From contig CT868141.1 in NCBI GenBank assembly GCA_000165425.1, positions 186,001 through 250,000 on the forward strand: a DNA stretch of 64,000 nucleotides, read 5' to 3'. The DNA is from Paramecium tetraurelia (Eukaryota). Both the position numbers and the translations under genes were made by a program. Under the pieces are notes generated by a model. That model was not told the origin of the DNA. It saw only the letters and a program-made list of their open reading frames with translations, and ran no database searches. Numbering within the stretch: position 1 is the stretch's first letter; each line of letters opens with the position of its first letter. This document shows, one piece after another, positions 11,766 through 25,047 of the stretch.

Positions 11766-12588
11766 ATGTAAATAACACCTAAAGCTATAACAGCACTTTC
11801 TAAATTATTGTCTTAGAATTCCTCAAATAATGTAAGAATTTTATGATTTAGTAAGAAATAAAGTTAAAATGATTCAAAGCCCAAATCGAATCAGAATAGT
11901 AAGAATTGTAGATCGATTAATAAAAATGAATTCAAAAATTTCATCTCTAAACCATCTTTATCAAACGAACCCAATTACAGTGTTAAAAATGAATTGATAT
12001 CCGTGCTCAACAGTAGCAAAGAGAAATCAATCAAATCAACTTTAAAACCTCATCATAGTCTAAATTATCTTTTATTGTCATAATAACAACTATCTGCGAG
12101 AAATAGTTTTCAAAAAAAGAGACCTCCTTAAATTAATGTTGAAGAAAGCACCGACATTTAGAAGCATCCTTAGAGTGCAAAGAATGTCAATTAAATGAGT
12201 CCTTTGCATTATTGTCCTAATTAGAAATCGCAATAATCTTAAAAATCAATCAAATATCCTAAAGGTATGAATGTGTTTAGCTCATTAAATGAAATATTAG
12301 GGCAATATGTGCAAAAGAGGAATTATTAAAAATGTAATTTACAATACTTTAATTAGAGGCTGGAACTGGAGAAGGTACAAAGTTAGTTGTATGCAGATCA
12401 GCAAGAAACCAAGAATAAAAATAAGAAAAACAAATATATCTATCTGAAAATAAATAATAACAATCTCATTCATAATATTTTGATTCATAATAATTGAACA
12501 AATTATATTTGTATGCAGCTCAAATTTTGAAGGCATACTAAACCAAAGAAATGATTTGGAAACAATAAAAAAAAAGTTTGAGAAGTGA
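11766..12588 (+). CDS. Hypothetical low-complexity/coiled-coil protein
   Basis: Open table-6 frame after one 24-nt intron, ending FEK-TGA. Confidence 0.55.
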
Positions 12589-12832
12589 AATTGTATTTCT
12601 AAAATAATTACTATAACAATAATAAGAATAGTAATAAAATCATGAGTGATATTCATTTCTTTTGTAATTTCAATCAAATTTATAATAAATTTACTAATTA
12701 TTGATACTTATGTGAATGTCATTGGGATCTTCCAATTAAGTATTATAATTGAATTATTAAATATTATGATCATTATGACGTCAACACATTAAAGAAATGG
12801 AAGAAATTATCTTTCACCTAACCATTATTTTA

Positions 12833-14148
12833 ATGAAATATATTTTGTTATTGCTGACTATTGGACTGATTCAAGTAAATGCTGTAAATTGGGCATTATT
12901 GGTCTCAGGTTCAAATGCATTCTACAACTATCGACATCAAGCTGATGTTTGCCATTCATACAAGACATTAATTAGAAATGGTTATAATCCTGAGAATGTG
13001 ATTGTTTTTGCATATGATGATATAGCTTAGAACAGATAAAACATCTACAAAGGAGCTATCTATAATTAACCTAACGAAGATGGATTTTCAGAAAATGTTT
13101 ATGATGGTTGTGTTATTGATTACTCTAAGACTGATGTCAATCCAGCAAACTTTCTCAATGTTTTGAAAGGAAATTATGATCATTTGCCAGATGGTCATAA
13201 GTTCATCAACTCCACAAGAGAAGACAACATTTTTGTTTATTTCTCAGATCACGGATCTCCAGGTTTAATAGCCTTCCCAACATCTTACCTCTATGAATAA
13301 GAATTATTAGAAACCTTTTAATACATGTATGAGAATGATAGATACAACAAGCTTGTATTCTATTTGGAAACATGCGAATCTGGATCCATGTTTGTCAATC
13401 TACCAACAAATCATAGAATTTATGCTTTGTCAGCTGCCAATCCATATGAATCATCTTGGGGTACTTATTGTCCACCCGATGATATTGTCAATGGAAAGAG
13501 TCTAGGAACTTGTTTGGGAGATGAATTTTCAGTCACTTTCTTAGAAAATGTGGATATTGGTGATTTTTCATAGTCTCTCCAAGAACATTTTGAATTTATC
13601 AGAGATAATACATTGAAATCAAATGTCATGTAATGGGGTGATGTCTCATTTACCAGTGATACAATTAAAGATTTCTTTTGGGGACGTAGATTCTAAGAGA
13701 AAAGAAAGATGTGCTCTAAAGATGCCTTTTTCATGAATGACGAGGTATTTAAATAATTATAAAAAATATAGAATGTTTCAAGATGGGATTCAAGAGACAA
13801 TAAATTGTTATTCTATTAAAATAGATACAATCAGACAGGTGATTTGGAAGACTTCATTGAATTAGAAAATGAAATCAAATCAAGAGCATACTTTGACACA
13901 ATCGTATATCTCATTATTTATTTTAGTTTGGTGAATTACAAAAATCATTGAAATTGAAAGGAGATTATCACTTTGCCTTAAACTAGAAGTGTCTTAAGTC
14001 TGCTATTGAAATATTTGAAGACAAATGCACAAAGTTAACTGATTATGGTCTTAAATATGTTAAATTGTTTGGAGAGATGTGTGATAGCACAAACTTACTT
14101 CAAGTCCAATTAAATATGATAGTATCAACTTTATGTATGACAGAATGA
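12833..14148 (+). CDS. Legumain / asparaginyl endopeptidase (peptidase C13), secreted or vacuolar
   Basis: Signal peptide [40 protein letters not shown]; catalytic FSDHG and ETCESGS. Confidence 0.96.
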
Positions 14149-14249
14149 TTTATCTATATAAATAACAAAAATATTTCCATATTTTATTTTAACTAAAATA
14201 AAGAATATAGACTATAATATAATATTATAATAAAAATTAATATTGCAAC

Positions 14250-17200
14250 ATGTATGTCATATACTTTATGTTAGGCAAAGAAAAAATTAATAGGAACAAT
14301 CTAAGAATTCGAATTAGCAATAACAGGAAATCAATTTTAATTAGTTACCACATTTTAAGGAAGATGTTAATTATGATGGTGAAATAATGTAAAATAATAG
14401 TTAATCCTTGTAAGAGGAAATAAGCAAAGAGGAAGTAGATGAAACAGAAATAATGCGAAGTAGATAATTTTAAATTTTCAGAAAATCTGTCTTACATAAA
14501 CCAGCTGCTATTGTGTAAATTATTCTTTGAATATTTAGAAAATATAAATCCCAAATTGTGAATTCAGATGATGAGGATGACAATTAAGTTAAAAATGATA
14601 AATTAGATGAGAATTAGGATGAAGATGATGATGAGGAAACTGAAGTTAAGGTATGGACTGCAAAAAAGTAAATCCCCAATAATCCTAAGAATGAATAAAT
14701 TTAGGAAAAAAAGGTTGAAAAAGAAGAAGAAATGGATAATTTGAAGCCATTAGATTTTGAAGAGGTTTTAAAATAGAGTTAAATAAATTACAGTCTAAAC
14801 CGATAAAACCATTAGAAGGATAAATAAATTAAAAAGTCATCCTTTGGAGCTGTGTTAATTACTCAAGTGGATTCTGAAGATGAATAATCCAATAAAGACG
14901 AGCTTGCAGATGAAGTAATTTCTGAGATTGGGGCCATCCATGAATAAGCTAATGAAGTAACAGCTGAAAACAGAATTATGATGAGTGTCATGCAAACAAA
15001 ATTTACTTAATCCATATAAAAACAACTTAAAATGCAAAAATCTCTTAATAACTCATCCAAAAGTAATTAGCAGGATGATATATTTAAATCGAAAATTGTT
15101 TTCATCAATTAGACACCAGTAATTATAAGAGAAGACGATCTTTATATTCGTAAAGTCAGAAGAATTCAAAATTAGTTTAGATATGTCAAACCTTATAAAA
15201 AACTTAGGAAATAACATAGGTATAGAGTAAATGTGATAAATGAATTAATATAAACAGAAAATAAATATGTAAATGATTTACTTGTAATTAAAGAGAATAT
15301 TTAATAACCTCTTCTAAGAATAATAGACAACCAAGATCATGTAAAGTTTATGTTTAATTTGGATAGTATTTATTACTTTAACTTTGAGTTTTTGAAAATT
15401 CTTAAAAAAAAAGAGAAGATTTTTAAAGAAAAACCTTATGATAAAATTATGGATTAGATCACTGTTTTATTGGCAGGTTTCAAATTTTATTATGATTACT
15501 GTAAGGAATTTGATGCTTCTAAAAAAATGAGAGATAATTATGCCAACACAAATTAGGTCTATAAAAAATTTTTCATGGATCTCAAAAAAAACAATCCATA
15601 ACTCAGCAATTTAGATGTTGAAAGCTATTTAATTAAACCTGTCTAACGATTACCGAAATATATATTATTATATAAAGATTTATTAAAACACACTAGTAAA
15701 GATCATCCGGATTTCTAAAATATTGAATAATGCTTGAAGTTTTTTGAAGAAATTAATGATAAAAATAACAATGAAATGAAGATTTATTTAGAATAATTAA
15801 AAATAATAGAACTATAAAATTAATTTAGCCAATATGTTAAAATTGCTGAACCTAATAGAGTCTATTGTTTTGAAGAATTTTGCTCCATTTATACGGACAA
15901 AAAAGAGAACAGTATCATTATGTATGCATTTAATAACCTATTATTATTTGCTTAAAAGAAGTTAAATGGATAGCAGACCTACACTTTTCATATTCAACTA
16001 ACTTATCAATCTTATGTTAAAGATAAAGAAGATACAAATTATTTTGAACACTTTTTTGAAGTTGTTAATAAGACAGAATCTATAATCATAATTAATTAGG
16101 ATAAAGAATCTAAATAATAATTAATGAATAAAATGTAGGATATCATTCAAAAATTGAAATAAAAACAAACAAACATGGAATAATTAAAAAAAACTGTTAG
16201 TTTAGTATCCGTACCTAGTGATCCTTTGAAAGAAGAATAAAAATTAGAGTATGAAATAAAAGTAGTTATTATTGGAACAGAAACAAGAAATAACAAACCA
16301 AATCCATATACAGTTTATATTGTATAGATATACATTTTAGAATGTCAAATAAAAATATTTGTAAGATACAGTTAAATAGTTTCTCTACAATCGATTGTCA
16401 ATAAATTTGATACAAGTTTAAAAGTACCAGTATTTTCAACATTAAATTGGTTTCATTCAAATGATTCAAAAGTTATAGAAGAAAGAAAAATATTAATTGA
16501 GAAATTCTTATCATCCGTGTTGAATTCCTTTAAATGTCAAAACAATATTGAATATTAGAAATAGGTTTTAGAACTATTAAGTTTAAGTTAGGATTTCTTC
16601 TAGATTCCTATTAAAAAGAATATGGCTTCTTAAGTTAAATTAGGGGAGGAAGACATGATGAAAATGATATTATAAAGTCAATTTTCTGGTAGCATTCAAC
16701 CTAATCTACTTTAATCAATGATAATGAATAGATAATCAACAAACATCCTCTAAGCAGCAAAAGCATAAAATTAGAGATCAAGTCTATTAAATTTAGAAAA
16801 CGATAATTCAGTTGTAATTGGACCGACTGCTAACAAATAACCATATTTTATAGATGTAAGTTTAATGGATGGTCGTACAATTACTGTTGGATTTAAAAAG
16901 CAAACCTTAACATTATTTATTAAAAATGAAGTTGCCAAATTTATTGGATTAAGATAATGGCTTGATTTTAGATTGTTTATTGTAGATTGGAATAAAGATT
17001 AAAGAGTTATAGATGACGACGAAACAATGTCATCGATATTGGATGCTCATAAAAATCAAAATAATGGTTTGATGAATGCATTTAAGAAGTTATTTACCCA
17101 TGAATAAAAATTCTAATTTATCTTTAGAAAATACTTCTTCTTGTCTTAGAAATAGGAAGAAGCTGATTACAAACAAGACGAATAAAGACTCAGGTATATG

Positions 17201-17897
17201 GTATATGATTTAATTTGGGAAACAAGAAACGAAAAATTTTAATTCAATTTCAATGAGTTTTGTTTGTTAACTGCTTTATTCTTCTATTCTACAAATACAA
17301 GCCAAGATTAGCTTTCAACTCTCTTAACTAAAACAATACCCAAGAATACTTTATAAAGTAAAAAAGAAGAAATTTGGCTAAAAGAAGTGGTTAATAATAT
17401 CAATACATTATAATAATAATTAAAGTTAGTTTAAAAAGAGAATTATTAATTATCAATTAATTAAAACAAAAAGTTGCATACCTCTATAACAGGAATAGCC
17501 TAATTAATTATTATGAATTTCTTTAAAAACAATTAACTTTATGGAATGTCTTTATTTTTTGTAGAATGTAACAGGGAAACTATTTCAATATTATAGAAGA
17601 AGTTTAACCTATAAGTTAAGAGTAATAATATCTTTGTTGGATTGAATTACAATGGATTTCATCTCCTGAAACCAGAAAACAAGACTGTAGTTTATACATG
17701 TCAATATGGAAAGCTCTTTGAGATGAAGGCATGTACAACAGAGTTTTGTTGCACTATTAACAATTCCAAGTTAAACTTTAAAACCTAATTTCCTTTTGAA
17801 GTAAATTATTTAAATAATCTAATAGATAAAATCTTTGATTTTGGAGTATTAGTAATTATAAGAATTTACAAAATAATTAGCATATGGAGTCAGCTGA
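14250..17897 (+). CDS. RhoGEF with DH-PH, PX and FERM-like domains
   Basis: DH: VINELIQTENKYVNDL and YLIKPVQRLPKYILLYKDLLKHT..HPD. PX: YTVYIV..VRYSQ..IEERKILIEKFL. FERM-like: VSLMDGRT..AKFIGL..FIFRKYFF. Confidence 0.85.
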
Positions 17898-18002
17898 AAA
17901 AAGATTATTATAAATTCGCTAAATTAATTAACTTAATCAATCATTTTAGTCTCTTAAAAATATATCTCCCATTAAATATTTTATTAAAATTATAAAAATC
18001 AA

Positions 18003-19355
18003 TCACAGATTTTTCATTTAATAATTTTGTTCATTGTGTTTGAAATAAACTATATTGAACTATTTGGAGTAGATTAAGTCTTAAAAAGTGATTTACTGAG
18101 ATTTCCATTTTTTGGGGTGTTACTTAAAAAAATGGATGTAGTTTAATTACAATTAAATGTATTTCTATACCAATTCTTTACATCAAAAGAGTCATCATCT
18201 ATCATATTTTAAATTAATTAAAGGACCTACGTACTTGTTGGTCTATCTAAAGGATTTTATTTAACTAAAATTTTCGTCAAGTCAAATAGTCTACCCTATT
18301 CTTTTATGAGAAACGAGCCATTTTTTTTTTTTTTTTAAACTTCCTTTGAGGAATCTGTTTCAAATAAACTTTTAAAGGTTAGTAGTTTGTATAGTACACA
18401 TCCGGCACTAAAAACATCAACTTTAGAATCATATTGATTTTTATTTCCTACATTCTACAGGATTTCAGGAGCACAATAGCCTGGAGTGCCACATTTTGGA
18501 TGGTTCTTTAATTAATCTCCATCAAAGCAAGCCAATCCAAAATCAATTATTTTCAATACTCCATCATTCTAAAGTATTAAATTAGCCAATTTTATATCTC
18601 TATGAATTATGTTGTTCTTATGAGTAAAACTTAAGCCTTCAAATAATTGCTATACTAAGTATGTTATGGTTACCTTGAGCAAATCTAATAGTGAATTATC
18701 TTACATCTGAGACCAATCTTTAGATAACTATTTTAGGTTTTTCCCATCAATAAACTCAGTCACTAGAGAATATGTAGAATTAGTTTTAAAAACTTCATAT
18801 AATTTCAAAATATTAGGGTGATCTAGGCTTCTCAAAATTGTAATCTCATTCATAATTTATTTCAACAAGTATTTGCTAGAAACCGTCAGAGCTTTGATGG
18901 CAAATTTATTTTCTGTTGTAAAATTGAATTACAGAGACACCTTAATTATTAATAATCTTACTGATCCAAATGCTCCTTTATCTAAATATAGTAAAAATTT
19001 ATAATGGATCAAAAGAGATTTAAAAAGGAGGATTTTTCCAAGTTGAAATTTCAGCTCAGTTATATGACTTTTATTGCCATAGAATTCCTTTAACTTATTT
19101 CTGTAAGGAAATAGAAAACCAACTAATTAGTGATTTCTTATAATCCACTCAAATTCAGTTTCAGGAGTTAATTGTAAAACATATTTTGGTTACTTAAAAT
19201 CATTTTCCTTTGATATAAAATTTATAACTTACAGAGCTCATTATGATAAATTCTTTTTCTAGTTTCAAATGATAAAATCTATCAATAAAATAGTGTTTTC
19301 TAATGACAGTAAAGTGTAAAATTTATTAAGCATTTTATTTTAAATTGAATTGCAT
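18003..19355 (-). CDS. Ser/Thr protein kinase (CAMK-like) with PH-like N-terminus
   Basis: DKGAFGS, FAIK, HRDIKLAN, DFGLA, CGTPGYCAPE, DVFSAG. Confidence 0.93.
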
Positions 19356-19878
19356 TTATTATGATTAATAAATTATTAAAAGTCAAATTATTTTTAAGAT
19401 AAAATTTAAGTAGTTTATTTGATAGAGATAGACTAAGCAATTAATATTATTGAAAATTTTATTAATTTAAAGCACTCAATCCGACATATTCTCAAATTAT
19501 CAATGAAATCTTTTCAAATTTAAAGATCTATCAATATTAAATTGTTTAGTAAAAATTAGGATAAAAAAAACTATAATATAGGCAATTATCAAATTTTCCA
19601 ATTTTTAGATTTATTATCATATTTGACGTTTAAACCCCTAGATTTATTATCCTTAAAGAAATAATATTATATCCAAGAATTCTCACTTGAGATTAAATTA
19701 ATACAAATAGAAATTTCTCTAATTAAGATTTATTTTTTCTTTAAATAGATTTCATTCTATTTTTCTTGAAACTATATTCGAAAACAACAAGTTTTTTTAA
19801 TAAAATAATCATAACTGTATATTTAAAGGGAATTCAAGAATAAATTATAAATAATTGTATTAATTTATATATCAACTT

Positions 19879-20361
19879 TCAAAATATGGTACATTCTTTA
19901 TTCTTAATCATCTGTTCTTAACAATTTTGGCAAATATCAAAATCACATTGCTAGCAGCATTAAGTTTTGCTATTTGGCATCTCTGATCCACTTTATCCAC
20001 AAACATCACATACATAGTTTACACCTTTTCTAGCTTCCATTTTATGACCAGTTGGACAATAGGAAGGATAACTTTTTCCTTTGCACATGTTATCTGGTGG
20101 AGCACAAATTAAGCAATAATATTCAGAACAAGCTTCACAAACGTATCTGCAAATCTGATTTTTTAAACAATTATTGCAAATTTATCTACTAGCATCAATA
20201 CCTGGAGTTAACCAAAAACGTAATAAATGTTTTTATCTACACATTTTATCTTTGCTAATTTCTCCCAATTTTCCACAAGTTTTAAAAATTGGATTTTGTT
20301 TCAAAATAAGTGGAGGTTTTTAAATATATTGCTACTACTATTATTGCTATTATTGCTATTA

Positions 20362-20450
<89 letters not shown>

Positions 20451-21271
20451 GTTATTGTTATTACTGTTACTATTGTTATTGTTATTATTATATTACAGAT
20501 TTCTAAGATGATTTATACAATGAATTTAAGATTATGGAATCATGAGGCTTCTCAGTTTTAATAGATGAAATACTATTTATCTATTACTATTATTATTCTA
20601 AAATGATTTATGATGATTTAATAGCTGAAGTAAATAATTATGTTTATTCTTCCAGCTTATTTTCAAGTTCATTTATTTTAATTTATGAATGTTATTTCAC
20701 CTAAGATAACTCTAATGATAAATTTGTAACTAAGTTGACTAATGTTTCAAAACAGTTATGTGCCTCTCTTTATTCTTTTAATACTTTTTATTTGCACTAT
20801 TTGCAACTTACATGTAATATAAAATTGCATTGTTCTTGCTAAAATTTAAACAATTTAATACGTGATTTTCTAACTCTTTTGCTTATCCTTCCCATTCACA
20901 TTTTTCACAACACCTGACAGGGATAAATTAGCATTTCTGTATATGCGAAAGAATTTGATCCATTTTCAAATCCTCCTAGCAGCCAAATTTCTTGTATTTA
21001 CAAAACAATTTAATTTCTTGAAGTTTTGATCTAATCACTCTGTGGGCTGTCTTTAATTCAAAAGGTTCTTTGCATTTATTAGGACAACTTAGAATATTTA
21101 TTTATGGTGATACATATCATTTTTATTTTTCCAATCCAGAGAACATTGATTACAAAAGAGAGATTCACATTTTTAACATTCAACAGGATTAATAGCTAAT
21201 TAATAACAGATACCACAAAGATATGATTCGTCAATCTCTTAAGCTATTATAAAATCTTCTCTTGAAATCAT
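19879..21271 (-). CDS. RING/TRAF-type zinc-finger protein with 54-residue poly-Gln, C-terminal Cys/His clusters and CaaX end
   Basis: LCGICYQLAINPVECQKCESLFCNQC; CKYKKFGC; poly-Q; CPTGH..CDVC..CQQCDFDICQNC; ends CTIF-TGA. Confidence 0.85.
20329..20490 (-). repeat. Coding trinucleotide repeat (TAA/CAA/TAG/CAG)54 = poly-Gln
   Basis: All 54 minus-strand triplets are Gln codons in table 6. This frame joins both flanks, whereas the Asn frame hits TGA shortly after the repeat. Confidence 0.92.
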
Positions 21272-21293
21272 AAATTATTTTTATAAATAATAT

Positions 21294-22769
21294 TCATAAT
21301 AAAGAAACTATGTATTATTATAGTGATATAAGTTATTCTTTGATGAACTCTCTACATTCTAAAAGTGATAAATCTTTCCTCTCTTGACATTTAGATATTA
21401 AGTATAGAACTATTTTATTTGGCATGTCTTTTGAAATTGTTTAATTCATTTTTAAAGCATCGTTTATCCACTTTGCATTAATATTCATTGATTATACATC
21501 GTCTTGATATTAAATATACTCCTGCCTCAATATTTTATTATGTTTGATGACTATGTTTCTCAATTCAGAAATTAGTTTCTCCTTTTCTGAGAAGTGTTTA
21601 AATTGATTAAGGAACTTAAGTGCTTCAATGATAATTTCATTTTATGAGAAATAAAAGTCCACTGAGAAATTAATCAACTCAACATTTGTCTATTCCAAAT
21701 ATTATTAAAATTCTACTTGATCAAAAACCCCATAAATTTACAAGCATTTTTGACAAGCATTAATAATAGTATTGTCATCATTTCCTAAAATTTTGTACTT
21801 GATTAACTATTAATGATATGGACATTCTTCTGCTTATTACTAATCAACTGAGTATGTTGGTATTTGAAACATTTATGGTTATTCACACGAAGTAGTTTGA
21901 GATTAGAAAGATAAATTTCTATAATCCTTTTTAAAACTAATATTTGGGCTTTGTTGATAATACTCACTTAAAGTCTATATAATCCAAGGTAACTCTTTCC
22001 TTAATTTAGGATCCTTTTGTATAGAATTAATCAAAATATTTTTAATCACATTCTTTTTTGTATCGAAAATTGCAGGTTTTGCATATTAACTATCTCTTAT
22101 GATGTAACTAATGGCTCTAATCTTACCGAATACCTCTTCTTCAGTTAATCCATTATAAAAGGGCGTTTTATGAATCAATTCATCAACGATTAAGCCTAAA
22201 GCCCAAATATCTACAGATTTATCATATTGTTATTTTTCTAATATTTCTGGAGCTACATAATAAGCTGTTCCAACTTTTGTTGTAGTCATTCTATCTAATT
22301 TCACACTGCTTAAACCAAAATCTGTTATTTTATAGATCTCAACACCTTGTTCATCTACATATCTTAAAATATTCTCTGGCTTAATATCCCTGTGGACAAT
22401 ATTTTTGCTATGTAAAAAGGCCAATCCATTAGCAATTTATAGAGCTATATTGACTATTTATTCTTCAGTAAATGACTTAGTTGTCATCATTTCATATAAT
22501 GTGCCGCCAGGACAATATTCTTAAACTATAAATAAGGCTTCTGGTTAATCAAAAATATCGAGTAATTGAACTACATTTTGATGCTTAAATTAAGATAATT
22601 GTTTTAAGATCATTTTCTCCTGTTAAGAGATTGCAAGATTTCTATTACTAATTTTGACAGCAACTTTTTATTAATTTGATTTTTTGACACCCAAAAACAC
22701 TTAAGAAAATGCACCTTATCCAAGCAATTAGTTTTTGGTTTCATAATACTATTCATATCTATTTCTCAT
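21294..22769 (-). CDS. Ser/Thr protein kinase
   Basis: [42 protein letters not shown]. Confidence 0.94.
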
Positions 22770-22991
22770 TTCTCTTCAATTTAAATTTTTATACAAACTC
22801 AATTATAACAAAATTTATAATCTATAGTTTAACGAAGAATTTGAATTTATTGAATATCTCAATATGAATGTTAATAGGCTTTAAAATGCAGAATGCGATA
22901 TTGCTATAATAAAATGGCAGTATTATTGTAAATGTTATTGAATAAGGAATGATATTTTTATATTATACTTATGTTATTAATTTGAACATAT

Positions 22992-23929
22992 TCAAATTTA
23001 TCTTAGATACTGATTTTCTTCGTTTTAGTAATATTGAAGCATTTAATTATCAACATACATTGTGAGTTCATTTCCTAATATTGACCAACTAATCTTTTAG
23101 CAAACATTCTTAATTTAGATTAATATTTACATTCAATTATATTTATTACATCTTTTATAATTCTATTGGTTTGGTAAAATCAACATCATAACGAAGGGTC
23201 AAAATCTCTAATATATTTCCATAACTGATTGCTAATTAGAGTTCTGAATTGAATATTTGAGGGGCAAACTTAACATGTCTTATTCTTTAACTGCAATTGT
23301 ACTCATAGACCTTATCAATAATGGTTTATTAATCAGAAATCACATTCCATATTTTAACAATTGATTGATTATCACTTATCCCTCCAGTTACTATAATTTA
23401 TTCTTAATCACTCTTTAACCAATCCAAGCACAATAATGTTTAATTATAAGCATTAGTATTAGTTACTTTATATTCCTAACCTTCTATTACTTCCAAGTAT
23501 CCATTATTATATCCTACTGCCAAAATATACTTATTTTCCGCCCATTGAATAATATTTGCTGACAAATTATTTAGTTTTATTTCTTTTTCAGCCTTCCATT
23601 AATTTGCTTGTTCCTTCCAAATTTTGATTTGACCATCTTAACCACAAGTAGCAATCAAATTTTCATATTTTGGACTTAACCATGACATTGAATTTATTTG
23701 TCCCTAATGGCTTCATTAATGAAATCATACGCTTTGAATTCTGCCGCTAACCTCTTCATCTACTTATCTTTTTTATTTATCAATTCAAATATACGAACTG
23801 TTCCCTAATTGGTTACTTGGGCTATTTTATTTTGATAATAATCAGTATATAATTCAAACTACTTTTCTTAATGATAGTTACCTCTGGATCAAATGAAAAA
23901 TCAGAAACTTAAGTAATCTATTTGTTCAT
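22992..23929 (-). CDS. WD40 protein of the Sec13/Seh1 family
   Basis: DYYQNKIAQ..GTVRIF; EFKAHQGQINSMSWLSPKYENLIATCGQDGQIKIWKE aligns by eye to Sec13/Seh1 blades. Confidence 0.75.
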
Positions 23930-24029
23930 TTAAGTATTTTCTTAATTTGAACAACACAACAAAAATATTAATTAAATACTTTTTTAAATCAGAGATTCTA
24001 AATACAAAATATTAATCATATTTTTTAGT

Positions 24030-24340
24030 TCAATTATCTTATAACTTAACATTATCTTCGAATCTCTACAACTTTCTTCGTTAAACGAGAGAATTGAATA
24101 CTATCAAATTTAAATAAATATATACTTGGTTATCTCAACTTTGGAACCTTCACTTCTTTCTCCAAGGTTTTGTCGTATATGAATACTTCCTCTTAACTGT
24201 CAATAGTAATCTGTTGTTCTATTAATTAGGATATTGATATTACATTACTACACTAAATCATAAATTTGCTATTTGAGTATCATTTCCAAATTCACACTCT
24301 GCACATCCTGCTTTTTCTATTTCACGGCTTAACAACCCAT
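24030..24340 (-). CDS. Microprotein (about 86 aa) with N-terminal MGC acylation signal
   Basis: MGCQAVKQKKQ...; two 25-nt GT-AG introns give ...EKEVKVPKLRQPIFNSLVQRRKLQRFEDNVKLQDN-TGA. Confidence 0.65.
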
Positions 24341-25047
24341 TATACAATTTAATATAAAAAATACTTAAATATTGATAATTACTAAATCAAGAATTATGTA
24401 TTTAGTTTCAATTAAATAAGATTGACATAATCTCGGAAATGTTATAAATATTTGAAAACCTTAATTTCATGCAGTATAAATTTATTGCTGCTAGTTTTTT
24501 GTTATAAGAAAACTTACTCAATAAATTTTAAAACCATATTTATCTAAAAACGTATAAATTAAGTTTATTCATTTAAAACTAGTATTTGGAATATAAATTG
24601 ATTGATCTTACTTATATTCATGTTCACGATTATTTTTTAGTGGAACAACTTCAACTACTTGGTACTTTGAAATCTTTAAAATATCTATTATATATTTTAC
24701 TTTGATATTCTAATTTTTTTTATAAAATTGAACGTTACTATATATTCTAAAAATATTAAATAGTAATTTTTTCTCACAGAAACCGATGTTAAATGAGTTT
24801 ATAAATATAATAGTCTACAATGCAAATTTAATATTTAATGATAAAATTTCTCATCATATTATAAAAGTTTTTAAAGCATTTTTTTTTTCAATATTATATG
24901 ATACAAAAAAAAAATTATAAATAATATAAAAATTTATTTAATAAAATATAAATATTTGTCAACATTTAACCTAGTAAATCAAAGGATGATGTGGTATATA
25001 CATAGTTTAAATGATGATATTTATTCAAAGAATGAAGTTGATAAAAA

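Noticed and set aside
11731..11770. SECIS element that could recode the Tudor-SN internal TGA as selenocysteine
   Set aside because: Only about 30 AT-rich bases precede the next putative ATG. ATGA and AAA are present but there is no paired stem or 3' GA quartet partner, and the TGA lies in a non-catalytic linker.
20227..20561. Poly-Leu and poly-Ile ORFs on the plus strand in the ORF track
   Set aside because: They are antisense shadows of the minus-strand poly-Gln tract within the RING gene
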